A stretch of 64,000 nucleotides of DNA from Octopus vulgaris (taxonomy: Eukaryota): contig OX597814.1 in assembly GCA_951406725.2 (NCBI GenBank), forward strand, positions 216,442,001 to 216,506,000. The letters run 5' to 3'. Within the stretch, counting starts at the first letter, position 1, and the number at the start of each line of letters is the position of its first letter. The notes under the pieces are model-generated. The model was given only the letters and a program-made list of their open reading frames with translations, was not told where the DNA came from and did not search any database. Positions 1 through 12,883 of the stretch are shown here, piece after piece. Both the position numbers and the translations under genes were made by a program.

Positions 1-3000
1 CTAGGAGAAAGCAACTTGGATAACTGGGATAGCTCCAACATAAAACCTGCGGCTGAGTGGTTACTGATGATGTTGACTTGTTCTTTTTTTCGGGTCATGG
101 CTGCTGTTGCTTAGTGAGTGAGATTGACTCAGTGCACAGCCTTTCCTCACTTTAAAAAAAAATCTTCTTGCACAGGCATTGCATGATAACAACATTGATG
201 ATTGTTGAAAGTGCTGTGAGTCTCAACTGAATGGCTGGCTGTAGCCTTAAAAAGTAAACAATCAATGATGTACCAAAACAATATAAAAATAAATGGCAGT
301 AAGGACTCTGGAACCACATCAGATGAAAGAGCCTGGCACAGCTGGGGCTCCAGAGCATCACAGTCTGAACCCAGCCATCATCGTGCTACTATGATAGAAC
401 CAAAGAAAATATTGAATATTGGCTGTTGGAATGTACGGACACTGCTTGACCACAAGTCCTCAGAATGTCCTGAATGAAGGACTGCTCTTGTTGCGAAGGA
501 GCTTCAATGCTATGATCTTGACATCGTTGCTTTATCTGAGATGAGATTAGCTGGAGATGGTCATCTTACAGAATCTTGTGGAAAATATACAATCTTTTGG
601 AAAGGGAGGAATGAAGAGTTTAGAGGAGAAGCTGGAGTGGCATTTGCTGTTAAGACTACTCTTGTGGACAAGTTGGAAGAATTCCCACTCAGAATTAACG
701 AGTGTCTTAAGTCCATAGCTTACACCTAGTATGGACCTAAGACACTTGTTAATCCCAACTGGAAATTCTTCCAACTTGTCCACAAGAGTAGCCTTAACAG
801 CAAATGCCACTTCTTTGGTTAAAGGAAATGATGTGACCTTGGTGAGTGTGTATGCGCCAACTATATGCTATACTGATGACGAAAAACTTTCTCTCTACCA
901 TGCTTTGAAGTGTATTATAAGAAATATCCCTCGGGCAGACGAAGTCATTGTACTGGGTGACTTTAATGCTAGAGTGGGTAGGGATTTTAACACATGGACT
1001 GTAACTGGAAAGCATGGGGTGGGAAAGTGTAATAGTAATGGCATGCTTTTGCTGCAGATGTGTGAGGAGCTGCGTCTGTGTGTTACCAATACCATGTTTC
1101 AACAAAAGAATAAGTTTAAGATGCATCCTGCATCTAAAGAATGGCATATTCTGGATTACATCCTTGTTAGGGTGCATGACAGACAGGATGTGCAGTGTGT
1201 TCGTGTTCTTCGTGGAGCTGAGTGTTGGACTGACCACTGCCTAGTACGTGCAAAAGTGAAATTAGTCACAAAACATAAAATCCGAGCTGCAGGGATTATC
1301 CTGCCTAAAAGACTGAATGTTGATTGTCTTAGGTGTAATAGTGTGAAGAGAACTTTACGATATTGGGAAGGATTGATCGACAGCTTAAAAAGTCAGTTTA
1401 TGATATAGGCACGAAAGTTCTGGGATTGATACAAAGAAAGCATCAAGATTGGTTTAAAGAAAATGATGAACATATAGATGATTTATTGGTTGACAAAATA
1501 TGTACTTTGTCACGCTATTTGTCAGCAAAGCCACAGGAAAGGGAAGTGTTGCATAGGGAACTCAAGGATGTGAAATCACGTGTGAGGCAGAGGTTCTCTC
1601 AGGTGAGGGATACGTGGTGGAGTAAGAAGGCTGATGAGATACAGGCATCTTCGGATTCCAATAACACAAAGCTGTTGTATGGTCTTTTGCAAGAAGTTTA
1701 TGGACCAACTTCTCTAATGACACCACTTCGAAGCAGGAATGGTAAACAACTTCTTTGTGATTCACAAGGAATTCTGTGAAAGTGGCAAGAACACTTTGAT
1801 GAACTTTTGAATCAGCAGTCCATAGTTAATGACGATGTTCTCAATCTCATCCATGGATTACCTGTGAAGGCGGCTCTCGCAGAACCACCAAAGTTGGAAG
1901 AAGTTGTGGAAGCTGTCTCAAGGATGAATAATGGGAGATCTCCAGGTATGGATGGAATACACGCAGAGTTGATACAGCATGTTGGTGAGAAAATTCTGCA
2001 GCAACTTCACTCTTTGTTTGGCAGGATATGGGCTAATGAATCTGTACCTGAGGACTGGAGAGATACAGTAATGATGGTCTTCTATAAGGGAAAGAGCAAC
2101 AGGAATGATTGTGGTAACTATAGGGGAATATCATTGCTTTCTGTCATAGGAAAGGTTTTATGCAGGGTACTTCTGGATCATCTGCTGAAACACATTGCAC
2201 ATTGTGTTCTTCCAGAAAGTCAATCTGGCTTTCGTGTGGGACGTGGCAGTGCTGATATGATCTTTTCAGCTGGACAGCTTCAGGAGAAGTGTGTGGATTT
2301 ATATCAGGTTTTTGTCGATCTGACAAAAGCCTTTGATACTGTCAATAGAAAAGGATTGTGGAGAGTTCTCCAGAAACTTGGGTGTCCTGAAAAGTTCCTT
2401 GCTTTGGTTAGGTCTTTTCATGAAGACATGAATGGTAGGGTGAATGTTAGAGGGAAAATGTCGGAGCCCATTTCAATACAAAATGGAGTGAAACAGGGAA
2501 ATATTCTGGAAATATGTATTTGCCATATATTTTGCAATGGTTTTTCTGTATTGCATTCAGAAACTGCAGATATGGTGTTTACATCCATTATCAAACCTCT
2601 GGCAGCATATTTAATATCAGGCGCTTTGCTGCAAAAACAAAGGATTTACCTCTATCATAAGAGACCCTTTGTATGCAGATGATTGTGATCTAGTAGTGCA
2701 CACAGAGATTGATATGCAATACATTTTGAATGCATTCTCTGATGCTTGTAGTGCCTTAGGATTGACAGTCAATCTCAAGAAAACAGTTGTCCTGTACCAA
2801 CCTGCCCCTGGTAAGCAGTATAGTGTACCAAATATCTATGTGTATGGTAAACGACTTGATGTACTTGATCAGTTTGTCTACGTGGGAAGCACTATTAATA
2901 GATATAGCAATTTGGATGATGAAATTCCATATAGGTTTAGGAAAGCAAGTGTTGCTTTCGAAAGGCTAGAAAAGCGCCTCTGGAGTCGGCGAGACATATG

Positions 3001-3135
3001 CAGAAAGACAAAGATAAAGGTGTACAAGGCATGTGTGCTCCCTTCTCTTCTCTATGCCGGTGAGACATGGGTCACATATCGATACCACCTTAAACAACTG
3101 GAACGTTTCCATCAGATGTGTCTCAGACGGATCTA
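1..3135 (+). mobile_element. RTE-clade LINE (APE endonuclease + RT), frameshifted, 3'-truncated
   Basis: ORF fragments carry IGCWNVRTL, VSVYAPT, VLGDFNARVG, LDYILV, TDHCLV (APE) and SPGMDG, NYRGISLLS, FVDLTKAFD, GVKQG, YADD, QFVYVGS (RT). Multiple stops and frameshifts; coding sequence stops abruptly near 3135. Confidence 0.9.
636..811. repeat. Imperfect inverted repeat (~82-bp arms, 12-nt loop) inside the RTE endonuclease region
   Basis: 636-717 (agtggcatttgctgttaag...gtccata) is the near reverse complement of 730-811 (tatggac...cttaacagcaaatgccact). The ORF track shows AFAVK.TLVDKLEEFP on both strands. Confidence 0.9.
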
Positions 3136-3152
3136 TTTTTTGTTGCCACATG

Positions 3153-3210
3153 TATCACTGAAGAAGAGAGGGCTCTTAGTAGCTAACTCTGAAATCGGTC
3201 CGATATGGTA
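3153..3210 (+). ncRNA. Type I hammerhead ribozyme motif (Penelope-like pLTR remnant)
   Basis: tatca-CTGAAGA-agag...ctct-GAAA-tcgg-t-ccga-TA-tggta: conserved core, stem I tatca/tggta, stem II agag/ctct, near-palindromic stem III, AUA triplet. Confidence 0.75.
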
Positions 3211-3461
3211 ATAATGGAATTTTTTAGAAATTTCTGTCGGCCTTTTTTCGAGTAGCGTGCGTATTGTGAAAAAATTACATGGTTAATGGACAATATGTCC
3301 AATTTTTCGGCATATTTGGCATTAGAAATCTTTTCCTTTGCCCTCATTTATGAATTGTTTATAAATTTAACCGTTAAAGGTATTTTTTAATATGCTGGCC
3401 ATTGATAAAATTTTTTTCGAGAAATATATTTTTTTCGAAAAGAATTTTATCCTTACATTTG

Positions 3462-3493
<32 letters not shown>

Positions 3494-3780
3494 TATATGC
3501 GTGTGTGTGTGCGTGTAGGTATATACATGTGTGTGTGTGTGTTAATGAAGATATAAATAAGTGGTTATGCAACCATCTAAGGGATAGCCGTTTCCATTGG
3601 CACTCCTGGTGCCAATACCTTACTACGTATAATCCTAGCTGTAAGGTATACGGTAGCAGAAAACCTTGGTTTAATATATATGTGTGCGTGTACTTGGACA
3701 CACCAATTGAAGGTTTGTAGACGAACGCACCAACTTATGGCTAACATTGGAAAAAACCAGATAAATTCTGTGGTGACTGA

Positions 3781-4546
3781 CAAAAGTGAAAGTGAAGTCT
3801 CTCGAGGTGTCAAAAATGAAAGTGAAGTCTCTCGAGGTGTCAAAAATGAAAGTGAAGTCTCTCAAGGTGTCAAAAATGAAAGTGAAGTCTCTCCAGGCGT
3901 CAAAAATGAAAGTGAAGTCTCTCCAGGCGTCAAAAATGAAAGTGAAGTCTCTCGAGGTGTCAAAAATGAAAGTGAAGTCTCTCCAGGCGTCAAAAATGAA
4001 AGTGAAGTCTCTCCAGGCGTCAAAAATGAAAGTGAAGTCTCTCGAGGTGTCAAAAATGAAAGTGAAGTCTCTCCAGGCGTCAAAAATGAAAGTGAAGTCT
4101 CTCCAGGCGTCAAAAATGAAAGTGAAGTCTCTCCAGGCGTCAAAAATGAAAGTGAAGTCTCTCGAGGTGTCAAAAATGAAAGTGAAGTCTCTCGAGGTGT
4201 CAAAAATGAAAGTGAAGTCTCTCGAGGTGTCAAAAATGAAAGTGAAGTCTCTCCAGGCGTCAAAAATGAAAGTGAAGTCTCTCCAGGCGTCAAAAATGAA
4301 AGTGAAGTCTCTCGAGGTGTCAAAAATGAAAGTGAAGTCTCTCCAGGCGTCAAAAATGAAAGTGAAGTCTCTCCAGGCGTCAAAAATGAAAGTGAAGTCT
4401 CTCCAGGCGTCAAAAATGAAAGTGAAGTCTCTCGAGGTGTCAAAAATGAAAGTGAAGTCTCTCGAGGTGTCAAAAATGAAAGTGAAGTCTCTCGAGGTGT
4501 CAAAAATGAAAGTGAAGTCTCTCCAGGCGTCAAAAATGAAAGTGAA
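3781..4546. repeat. 30-bp minisatellite, ~25.5 copies, two main variants
   Basis: Unit caaaaatgaaagtgaagtctct+(cgaggtgt|ccaggcgt) in perfect 30-nt register from 3781 to 4546. Confidence 0.99.
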
Positions 4547-4722
4547 TTCTTCTCTTAACCTACATTCGACTTCATTTCCTATAAAAAAAACTATTTCAGG
4601 TTTTTTCTTCTTTTGAAAAGTTTTCTTTATGTCGTGTGTTGAAAATAATAACAATAAACTTTTGTCACAAAGTTTTCTTGCAAAATAAATCGTATAGAAG
4701 AGGGCAGAGGGGAAGCGGTTTT

Positions 4723-4731
4723 TTCTGGGAA
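4723..4731 (+). promoter_or_regulatory. Candidate STAT (GAS) site TTCTGGGAA
   Basis: Exact TTCN3GAA match ~100 bp upstream of the splice donor at 4831. Confidence 0.4.
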
Positions 4732-4739
4732 AAACACTG

Positions 4740-4830
4740 ATGTCATACAAAGTTATTGTTAAACCAATCAACAGCTTAAAAACGATCAAATAAAGATTCA
4801 AGTTTCAGTTTTACTCAGAGTTGTTACGAG
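4740..4830 (+). other. Putative non-coding first exon of the PARP14-like gene (start approximate)
   Basis: Consensus donor GAG|GTAAGT at 4830/4831 in unique sequence next to IRF/STAT-like motifs. The start-codon exon at 13283 has an acceptor and so needs an upstream exon. Confidence 0.5.
4801..4812 (+). promoter_or_regulatory. ISRE-like site AGTTTCAGTTTT
   Basis: One mismatch from AGTTTCNNTTTC. Further IRF-like motifs nearby (agttttcgtttt ~4834, cactttcaatt ~4910). Confidence 0.35.
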
Positions 4831-5994
4831 GTAAGTTTTCGTTTTACATCTTCCTAATTTAATTTCTTTAATCCTGTCTCTCCATTGCTTTACAAGTACT
4901 TTACAAAATCACTTTCAATTCTTTTCACTACATTATAACTATATGGATTTGTTTCCTGTCAATTTTAAGAATGTGTGTGTGCGCGTGTGTACGTATTTTC
5001 AAGTTTTGTGGTTATATGTGATGTGTGTCATTATGTATGTCTGCAAAGCCATCGATATATTCCCCCATCATTGGAACCTCTTGAAGCTATTTCTAGTAAA
5101 TTTCATTCAAGAACATCAACTTTTCTGAAAGTTACGAACAAACAAAATCGATGGATGGGGCACCTGTGTAAGGTATGCCATGTTTTCCTGGTCATTTAAA
5201 GTAAGACCTGTAATAAAGTCACAAATAATTTATGTCCCCCTAGGACAAAATTCCCTCGGACAATCCCCTTCCTCTGGACAAAAATCCCATAGTTTTCCTG
5301 TTAATTTTTGTTGTTACCTGGATTCCATAAAATTATGTTGAAAGTTTTAACGTACGTGAAGCTAGAAATGGCAGCCAAATCTCCTCATATAGGCCACACC
5401 CTAGAAGAAGACAATTGTTTCACTATCAGGGATACTAACACGTCAGTTTCATGTTGATATTTAAGACGACGGGGGCATTTCTGGCAAATGACCGCCGTCC
5501 CAGTAGAATGAAAATATAGCAAATGCGGGCTAGGATTGAAACAGGGGTTGTAGTGAGAAGCAACCGAAGAGGTATGTGGAAACTTGTTTGGATTTGGTTT
5601 GAGAGAATCTCTGAATAAACAGATTTACTTTTTTTTCGGTTCTTTATTAATTGATATAATACACCATACATACATACAGATATAGTATACATTTCATACA
5701 TATACACACACATATACAATACCTGTATACATTGATAAATGCAGGGTGGGAGGGACAGATTCAGAGTTTGAAATGCCGTGTGGTTTTTAGCGAAATCAGA
5801 ATAATTTGTTATCATCGAAAACATGGGAATTATTTATCCAAGATTTCCCAACAGGTTTCCTATGAAATGAAGCCGCTTTAGTAAAAGGTTACTCTGTAAT
5901 GTTTGTTGATCACGGAAATATATTTACACGTTACTTCACCTTTTTTACTGCGATTCATTTTCAGTCTTAATTTTATTGCTTTTATTTTGATTTC

Positions 5995-6114
5995 TTGGGT
6001 GCGGCGTTAAAAGGCCGTAACATGACACATGGGTTTTTGTTTAGATGTTTTCTTTCTCTCTTTCTCTCTTTCCTTCTTTCTTTCTCTCTTTTTCCTTTCT
6101 TTCCTTCCTCCTCC

Positions 6115-6152
<38 letters not shown>

Positions 6153-9100
6153 ATCTCATCGGTCGTGTTATTCTTTGCTCCGCAGTGAAAGATTGTTTTT
6201 GTGTCGAAAATTGTGAAAATTTACTGTTTTGGTCGTCGAGACCACTTCTTTTCTGCTGTTGCAGCAAAGTTTTACTGTTGTTTCCCCCTTGTTTCAAGGG
6301 GGAAACGGCAAAAAACATGAATTTGCCACCAATTTCTTCCAAGTCCGAGGAAAACTTTGAAAATTTGTTTGAAGGCAGAGAGAAGAAAATGTGGGAGGAG
6401 GAAGGTAAAAGTATAGAGGCGTCTCACGCGCGCGTTACAAAAGCAGACGACAATATGTCGAGCGAGGCTAAACAAGAGGAAAAGTCGAAAATAAATTTTG
6501 CGAGTGCAGCAACTCGCCCCTGCGAAAATATAGTTATTAACAAAGAAGAATTAAAGAAATTTCAAGGACTTCTCAAAAAAGAAGGTGAAAATGTGAAGTT
6601 GCTCCGTCCCAGTGAATTAATTAACGCGACGGAGAGAAAAACTTTGATATATAAGACGTACCATGTGAAAAATAGGAAAATTGACTTCGTGCCGAGGGAA
6701 GCGATAGAAAAATGCTTGAGGCCGATATGGCAACAAACAAGTTATATAACGAGAGATAGTCGCTTCGGCACTGTAGAGGTGCGTTTCCCTAGCAAAGAAA
6801 AAGCCAGGGAACATTCAACAATGACATTGAAGTCGGAAGAAGTAGTTTTCCCGCCGATTTACTTAAGAAGAACCTAAAAAATCAGGGTCAGTGATACACC
6901 ATCCGAAATAGATGTGGCCTGGGTGGTAGCCGCTATTCTCATGGGCAAAGAGGAAGAAATTACAATTCTTCAAAGAGATATCACCACATGAACTAGTTTG
7001 GACAAGATTTAGAGCTTGTCATTCAAGCAAACCCCTTAGATTTAGAAAAAATGCCCAGTTCACTTATAATTGGGGAAAATACCAGCCTGATGGTGGTAGT
7101 TGTGGGGAGAAAGCCCAGGTGTTACAAATGTGGCGAGAAAGGCCACATAAGGTTGAACTGTAAGAAGAAGTCAGCCAAAGAAAACGCAGCAGAAGAGGCA
7201 AGCACGACACCAAAGACAACGACCACACCGCTAGAAATAGCAGCCACGTCGCGCACACATATTGCTGAAGTACAGCCGACAGCAGGAGAAAACAACAACA
7301 ACCAGGAGTGGGTCACCGTGGAACCTTCAAAAAGAAGATGGAAACGAAAATACCCACCCTCTTTGGATACACAGGACTATGCTCCGAGACAGACAAGCAC
7401 ACCCTCACCCACAAATACAGTCGCAAACACACACGTAGCCAAAAAAACACACAGACACATACCACAAGCACACACACACCTACAAACACCGACGCGTCTA
7501 CAAGCACACACACACCCCTCCACAATCGCCTAATATAAAAAAGAGAAACACCTTCACGGCGATAAACGAAAATAATAAACTCTTAAGAGACGAAATTGGT
7601 TTAATGAAATCGGCGAAAAAATATATCGCAACAGATTTAGATAGTATAATTCTCGAAAATGTCGAGTTTTATACCATAGACAACACAGACTATTTCGAAC
7701 TAAAAAAATCGTTTGCAGAGGACATCGGCCTGTTACAGTTGAACTTTTCAAGCCATCTGTACAGGCAATTCGCGAAAAAAATGATGTCGCAAACCACAAC
7801 ACTCACAGACAAAAAAGAGGAGGAGGAAACTACACCCTCTCTCCCGTTAAAACAGTAAGTTTTAAACTCAGTTGTTTAAATATTTGCGACCTCCTTAACG
7901 CTATCTCCTTAACGACCTTGGGTCACATCGTTTGGACATAATTGTAACTACCAAATCCAGACTGAGTGGGCTGCAGGCTTTTTTGCCCCTTCTAAATGGC
8001 TATGGGAAATACATTTCTCCCTGTCGACCAGGAGGGGGCGGAGGAGCAGCAGTGCTGGTCAGGAAAAACCTGTATTTAGAGATTAGAACTGTCTTTATAG
8101 ATCCGGAAGGCAGGTTGATCATTTTTGATGGGATGCACAGCAGTGGTAAAGTGTTCAGGCTGGTCGCTGTCTATGCTCCCTGCGAAGGAAAAGCTGAGCA
8201 GAAAGATTACTTCAAAAGCCTAGAGAATTTTCTCAGCACGTCGAACATGTTAGTATTGCTAGGTGACTTCAACACAATTTGCGATGCACGCGTAGATTAT
8301 GTTGGCTCAAGAAAGAATAGGAAGGAATTACCTCACCTCAATGATCTGCTAAGTCATTTCGAGTTGGCAGATCGATTCAGACTGGACCACCCACATGTTC
8401 CAGCATGGACCTGGGCAAGAAATGAGGAGTCGTCCAGATCTTACATAGATAGAATCATTACTAGAAGGAAAGATTAGAAAATATTTAGCTGTCCACAACA
8501 CCATATCGTCAGCTACAGTGATCACAAATTAGTGACCTGTACGTTTGACCTAGATAGTATGTGTAGACAAGGAATCAGTTACTGGAAGCTAAACAAGTCA
8601 CTATTGGACTGTGAAGCCTACAGGAAGCAGATTAGACAGTTAGTAATGAGGGCATTAACCGGCCCTATTATCAACAACAAACGGTGGTACGCCCTGAAAA
8701 GAGCCATCAAATTTGAGTCAATTAGGTTTAGCAAAGAATTAGCTAGTTCTAGAAACAAATTAGAAAAGGAACTAGTTAAGGCAGTAGATGAGGCAATGAG
8801 GTCAGGCAATGCATCGAAAGTGTTAGCGGCGAGGTTGACACTCGACCAGTATCTCCAAGCTCAACATGAAAGGTGCATTGTCAGGGCTAAGATCTGTACA
8901 ATGAGACAAGAAGGGATCAATGCAGCCGGATAGGCCCGGGTGGTAGAGGGTCAGCATGGCAACAACTCAACCATTCGATCTTTGACAGACCCAAATGGTC
9001 GATCAGTAAACGAACCTGTGGAGATATGCAAGGTGTTTCACGATCTTTTCGCCCAGCTATCTGGGAGAAGCGGTGGACTGGAGCACGGGGAGAAACTCGC

Positions 9101-11200
9101 AGACTTCCTGGCCAGTTCACTGCATCTATCGAGGCCAGATGTGGAATCTTGTGAAGCGCTGATCACAGCCTAAGAAGTTGAGGATGTGTTGGCAGACTGC
9201 GGCGGGGACAAATTGCCAGGACTCGATGGTCTGCCTTATGAACTCTATAGTAGCATGCCAGACTTGTTTGGGCACCTACTTGCATGCGTGTACACCAACT
9301 GGCAGCAGAACGGGAGAATTCCTAAGTCTGTGAGCCGAGGGGTGGTAGCGCTGTTAACAAAGGACCCAAACAAAGGGAATTTAATTGATAATTTTCAGCC
9401 CATCACTCTGCTTAACGCAGAGTTGAAGATTTTGGCCAAGGTCTTAGCAATAAGGCGCAGGTCGTGGGTGAACTTGTTGGCAAGGCACAACCTTGCGCCA
9501 TCCCTGGAAGGACCATCCACGACAATCTCCACTTTCTATGCTATGCCTTAGGGTAAATAGGATTCCTGGCAAGGGTGGGGCTATGGTCCATTTGGACCAA
9601 TCAAAAGCATTCGATAGGGTAGATCATCAGTATCTGGCGGTGGCTGGCTTTGGCCCGAACTTCGACAGATGGATCAATGCTTTATACAGCAACAGCAAAT
9701 CGGTAGTTTGGGTGAACAGTTTCTTTTCGGAGCCGTTTCGTTTTGAACGTTCAGTACGTCAAGGGTGCCCTCTCTCCCTGCTTCTCTACGTTTTGGCCCT
9801 CGAGCCATTGCTGAGGAGGTTGGAAACTATGAGGGGTGCTCCACAAGATCTAGGGTGCGGAAAGTCAGCTTCAGCGTATGCGGACGACATCACCGTCATC
9901 AGATCCCGGGTCGAGCACCTACAGTGGGCGGGTGAGGCCTTAAGAGATTACGAAGCGGTGGCAGGAGCGAAAGTCAACCGGGATAAATCGGTCAGCTTGC
10001 AACTTGTAGGACGTTGGACGGAAGGGCCCATGAAAATGCTTGGTATCTGGTTAGGTCCAGATCTCCAGATAGAGAAGAATTGGAGCGAGATGGCAAGAAA
10101 GGCGGCTCTCCTAACTCAGACCTGGTCTGAGTGGAAGCTATCCTTGAAAGGGGGAGACGGAGGTTGCAGAGGTGTTTATCGCCTGACTGCCATGCTTTGC
10201 CCCGATTTGTGGCTGAACAAGCAGGAACGCATGCTCTTTCGCTTTTTGTGGAGGGGCAGCAGACCTCTTGTAAGGCACTCTATCTGCTGTCAAAAGCTGC
10301 TGAGGGGTGGGTTAGGGATGCCGTGGAAAAAAATGCACAGACATGTGCTCAGGCTTAGGCCCCTCTGGCTTTACCTGGACGGTGAGCTGGTGTGGTCTCC
10401 GTTTGTCAAGCTGTTATTTCCAGTTCACATCGTTTACCAAACTGAACCCATGGATCAAGTGTAGACCGAGGTTGGGCATATGGCATGCAGAGTGCGATCA
10501 GGCACTCGTGCTTCTCTCCCAGTCAGGCAACGCCGGTGGCGGGGGTACTACCTTGTTCTTCTATAGAGGGTTAGTAGAGTTTAAGCGTGACGACGTCCTG
10601 GGAGAAACCCTAGGCTTCAACAGAGATCAACTGGCCAGCCTGTTCCAAAGAACATTCGGACCGGGGCCTATGGATAATTACCAAAAGTCCCTGGCCTGGC
10701 AATGTTACAGAGGAGCTTTACCCATTCGAGATAAGCTCTTTAGACATGGGTGTGCACCTTCACCGGCTTGTGCAAGATACGAGCGGGACAGTGAAACTGT
10801 CCTGCACGCGATTGTGCAATGCTCCAGGGTGACTGAGCTCTGAGCTTATGTTGAACACCTGCTGTTGCATTCGAGAAGAGTACAACTGCTGAGCGAATCT
10901 GTAATTAAGATTGTTCCGCTGACCTCCCTGAACAGGCAGGAGCGAGCCTGTTTTCTCTCGGTAGTTGCTGTTGTGAAAGAGGTAGAATGGAAGACGAGAG
11001 TGAAAGGAATTGCAACAGGCAATGTTGAAAGGGAGAAAAAAGCAGTTCAACTCCAATTGAAATCAATTTTTTTCTTGTAACATTGCGTCTGCTTAATGTT
11101 TGTCATAGAAAGGGCTCCGCTCATTTTCACTTAGACATGCGACTCTTGAAAAAGGAGCAGACAGTCTTTCGGAATAGCTACAAATAAAGGTCAAGTCTTT
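5995..11200 (+). mobile_element. Tx1/L1-like LINE, near full length, degenerate (ORF1 with CCHC knuckle; ORF2 APE+RT)
   Basis: ORF1 ~6317-7858 with RCYKCGEKGHIRLNC. ORF2 ~7860-11080 with LVAVYAP, LLGDFN, SYIDRI, YWKLN, PGLDGLPYE, PITLLNAELKILAK, LDQSKAFDRVDH, SVRQGCPLS, AYADD and a C-terminal C..ETVLHAIVQC zinc motif. Confidence 0.88.
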
Positions 11201-11539
11201 TTTTTTTTTGATAGGTTTTTTTTCTTTAATTATCTGCTAATGAATTTGGAAATAATGTTTTGGAAAAATTTATCTATTGAACTGCTCAAATAAATAAATT
11301 TTTGTAGATTTAATAAATGGAATTTTGTAAAATTTCAGTATGACTTATAAAATTACAGCTCAACTTCAATTGAAATTTTCTATTTTTTTTTTATGTTGCA
11401 ATTTGTATTTGTGATATGAGTGTATTTAGAAACTTTATCTTCCCCTCATTATTTTTTACCAGAATTTCTTCAGGTTCCTGTCTTCCATAAAGGAAATTAG
11501 GATTCTCTCTCTCTTTCTCTCTCTCTCCCTTCCCTTCTT

Positions 11540-11890
11540 CTCCCTTTTTAAAAATGATGATTACCACTCTGACCTGCCATTGCTTTGGTGTCTTTCCAGA
11601 GTTCCAAGCCATTTGGAATACATGAGACAACCAAAGAATACCTTCTCTACTTAAGTCCTTTAACATCTTGGGCTCAGTTTCATCCTCCCCTTGTGCCACT
11701 TGTCCACATTTTAGCAATTTAGTCACATCTGTGTTTTTAGCCTCCGTAAGATTAGTCTTCATCCCTAGATGCACCTCCTGTCCACCGGAAGATTTTATTG
11801 TAACTAGATTTAAGAGTTGAGCAAACAATTTTCTTTCATTTTCCAAATGAAATACAATTGGTGAAATTGAAACCAGAACTTTTGGCATTG
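11540..11890 (-). mobile_element. RTE-like LINE RT fragment
   Basis: QGEDETEPKMLKDL..GILWLSHVFQMAWNSGKTPKQWQ..VIIIFKKG matches the N-terminal RT region (APG.D...W..G.P.DW....PIFKKG). Confidence 0.65.
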
Positions 11891-12883
11891 TACAACAGAA
11901 AGAACACCTATTTTTCAGTAAGTTGTAAGATAGTTGTTTTTACAAAATATGTAAAACATCTGAATGAGGTTTATCAAGTGTATGCACAGGAAAATAAGTT
12001 GTCTAAATCTAATTTCAATGTAAATGTTTGTCTTTAATAATATGTTGCCTTTTAGAGTTTCATTAAGAGAGAGAGGGGGAGGGTGGAGAGAGACACTGTG
12101 TGTGTGTGTGTGTGTGTGTGTTGTAAGTTGGTCAATCAAAGCAGTAAGAGAGAATGTCTATCCATGTTATATGCACAAAGATTGGTAAAACAACCTCAAG
12201 CACAGTCAACTTACTCCTAATTATATTCAACTTTGAAGATTCTTTATGTAATGCATTGGTAAGGCATCCAAGTATGGCTTGTTGAGAATTTGCTGAGCCT
12301 TGTTGATTGGCCAGTTGTAACCCAAAAGTTGCACATTAATCTGTTAAAAAACGAAACGCAGCAGATTTTGGTTTCTTTGCTTTCCACATTTTAGCTGGAG
12401 TCACGGTGACTGGCATTGTGACAGGAGTACCACAACCCCAACGAAGCAATTGACCAATCACCATTGCCGCATTATGTGGTTAAAGACCAATGTGTTGTTT
12501 GCAGAAAACACACTGGGAAAATACTGTCCAACTGTTGCACATCTTTCTCTGAACCTACTGCACACATATGCAGACTTCACTTGCTGATGGTACACACACT
12601 GCAGATTCACTTGCATTTTGAGCAAAATCATACAGAGCCCCTTGTTTGCACCTTCCATGACAATACCTCTTACCAGCTTAAAAAATGTACAGTGTTTTTG
12701 CTTGCTGTCAACCATTGTCAACTGGTAAACATTTTGATTTTATAAACACAGGCATTTGTGCATTCATTTTCTATCACACGTTTGACTAACAAGTTATTCA
12801 GCTGACTTTGTTAAATGTGAAAATATCTTTTGTACATTCTCACAAACACATGTAAACCTTATTACCTTGCACAATGTTGTCAA

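Noticed and set aside
3671-4801. Long ORFs (223-376 aa) on both strands over the 30-bp array, and a CRISPR-like look
   Set aside because: The ORFs arise because a 30-bp unit lacks stops in several frames. There are no unique spacers, no cas genes, and the context is eukaryotic.
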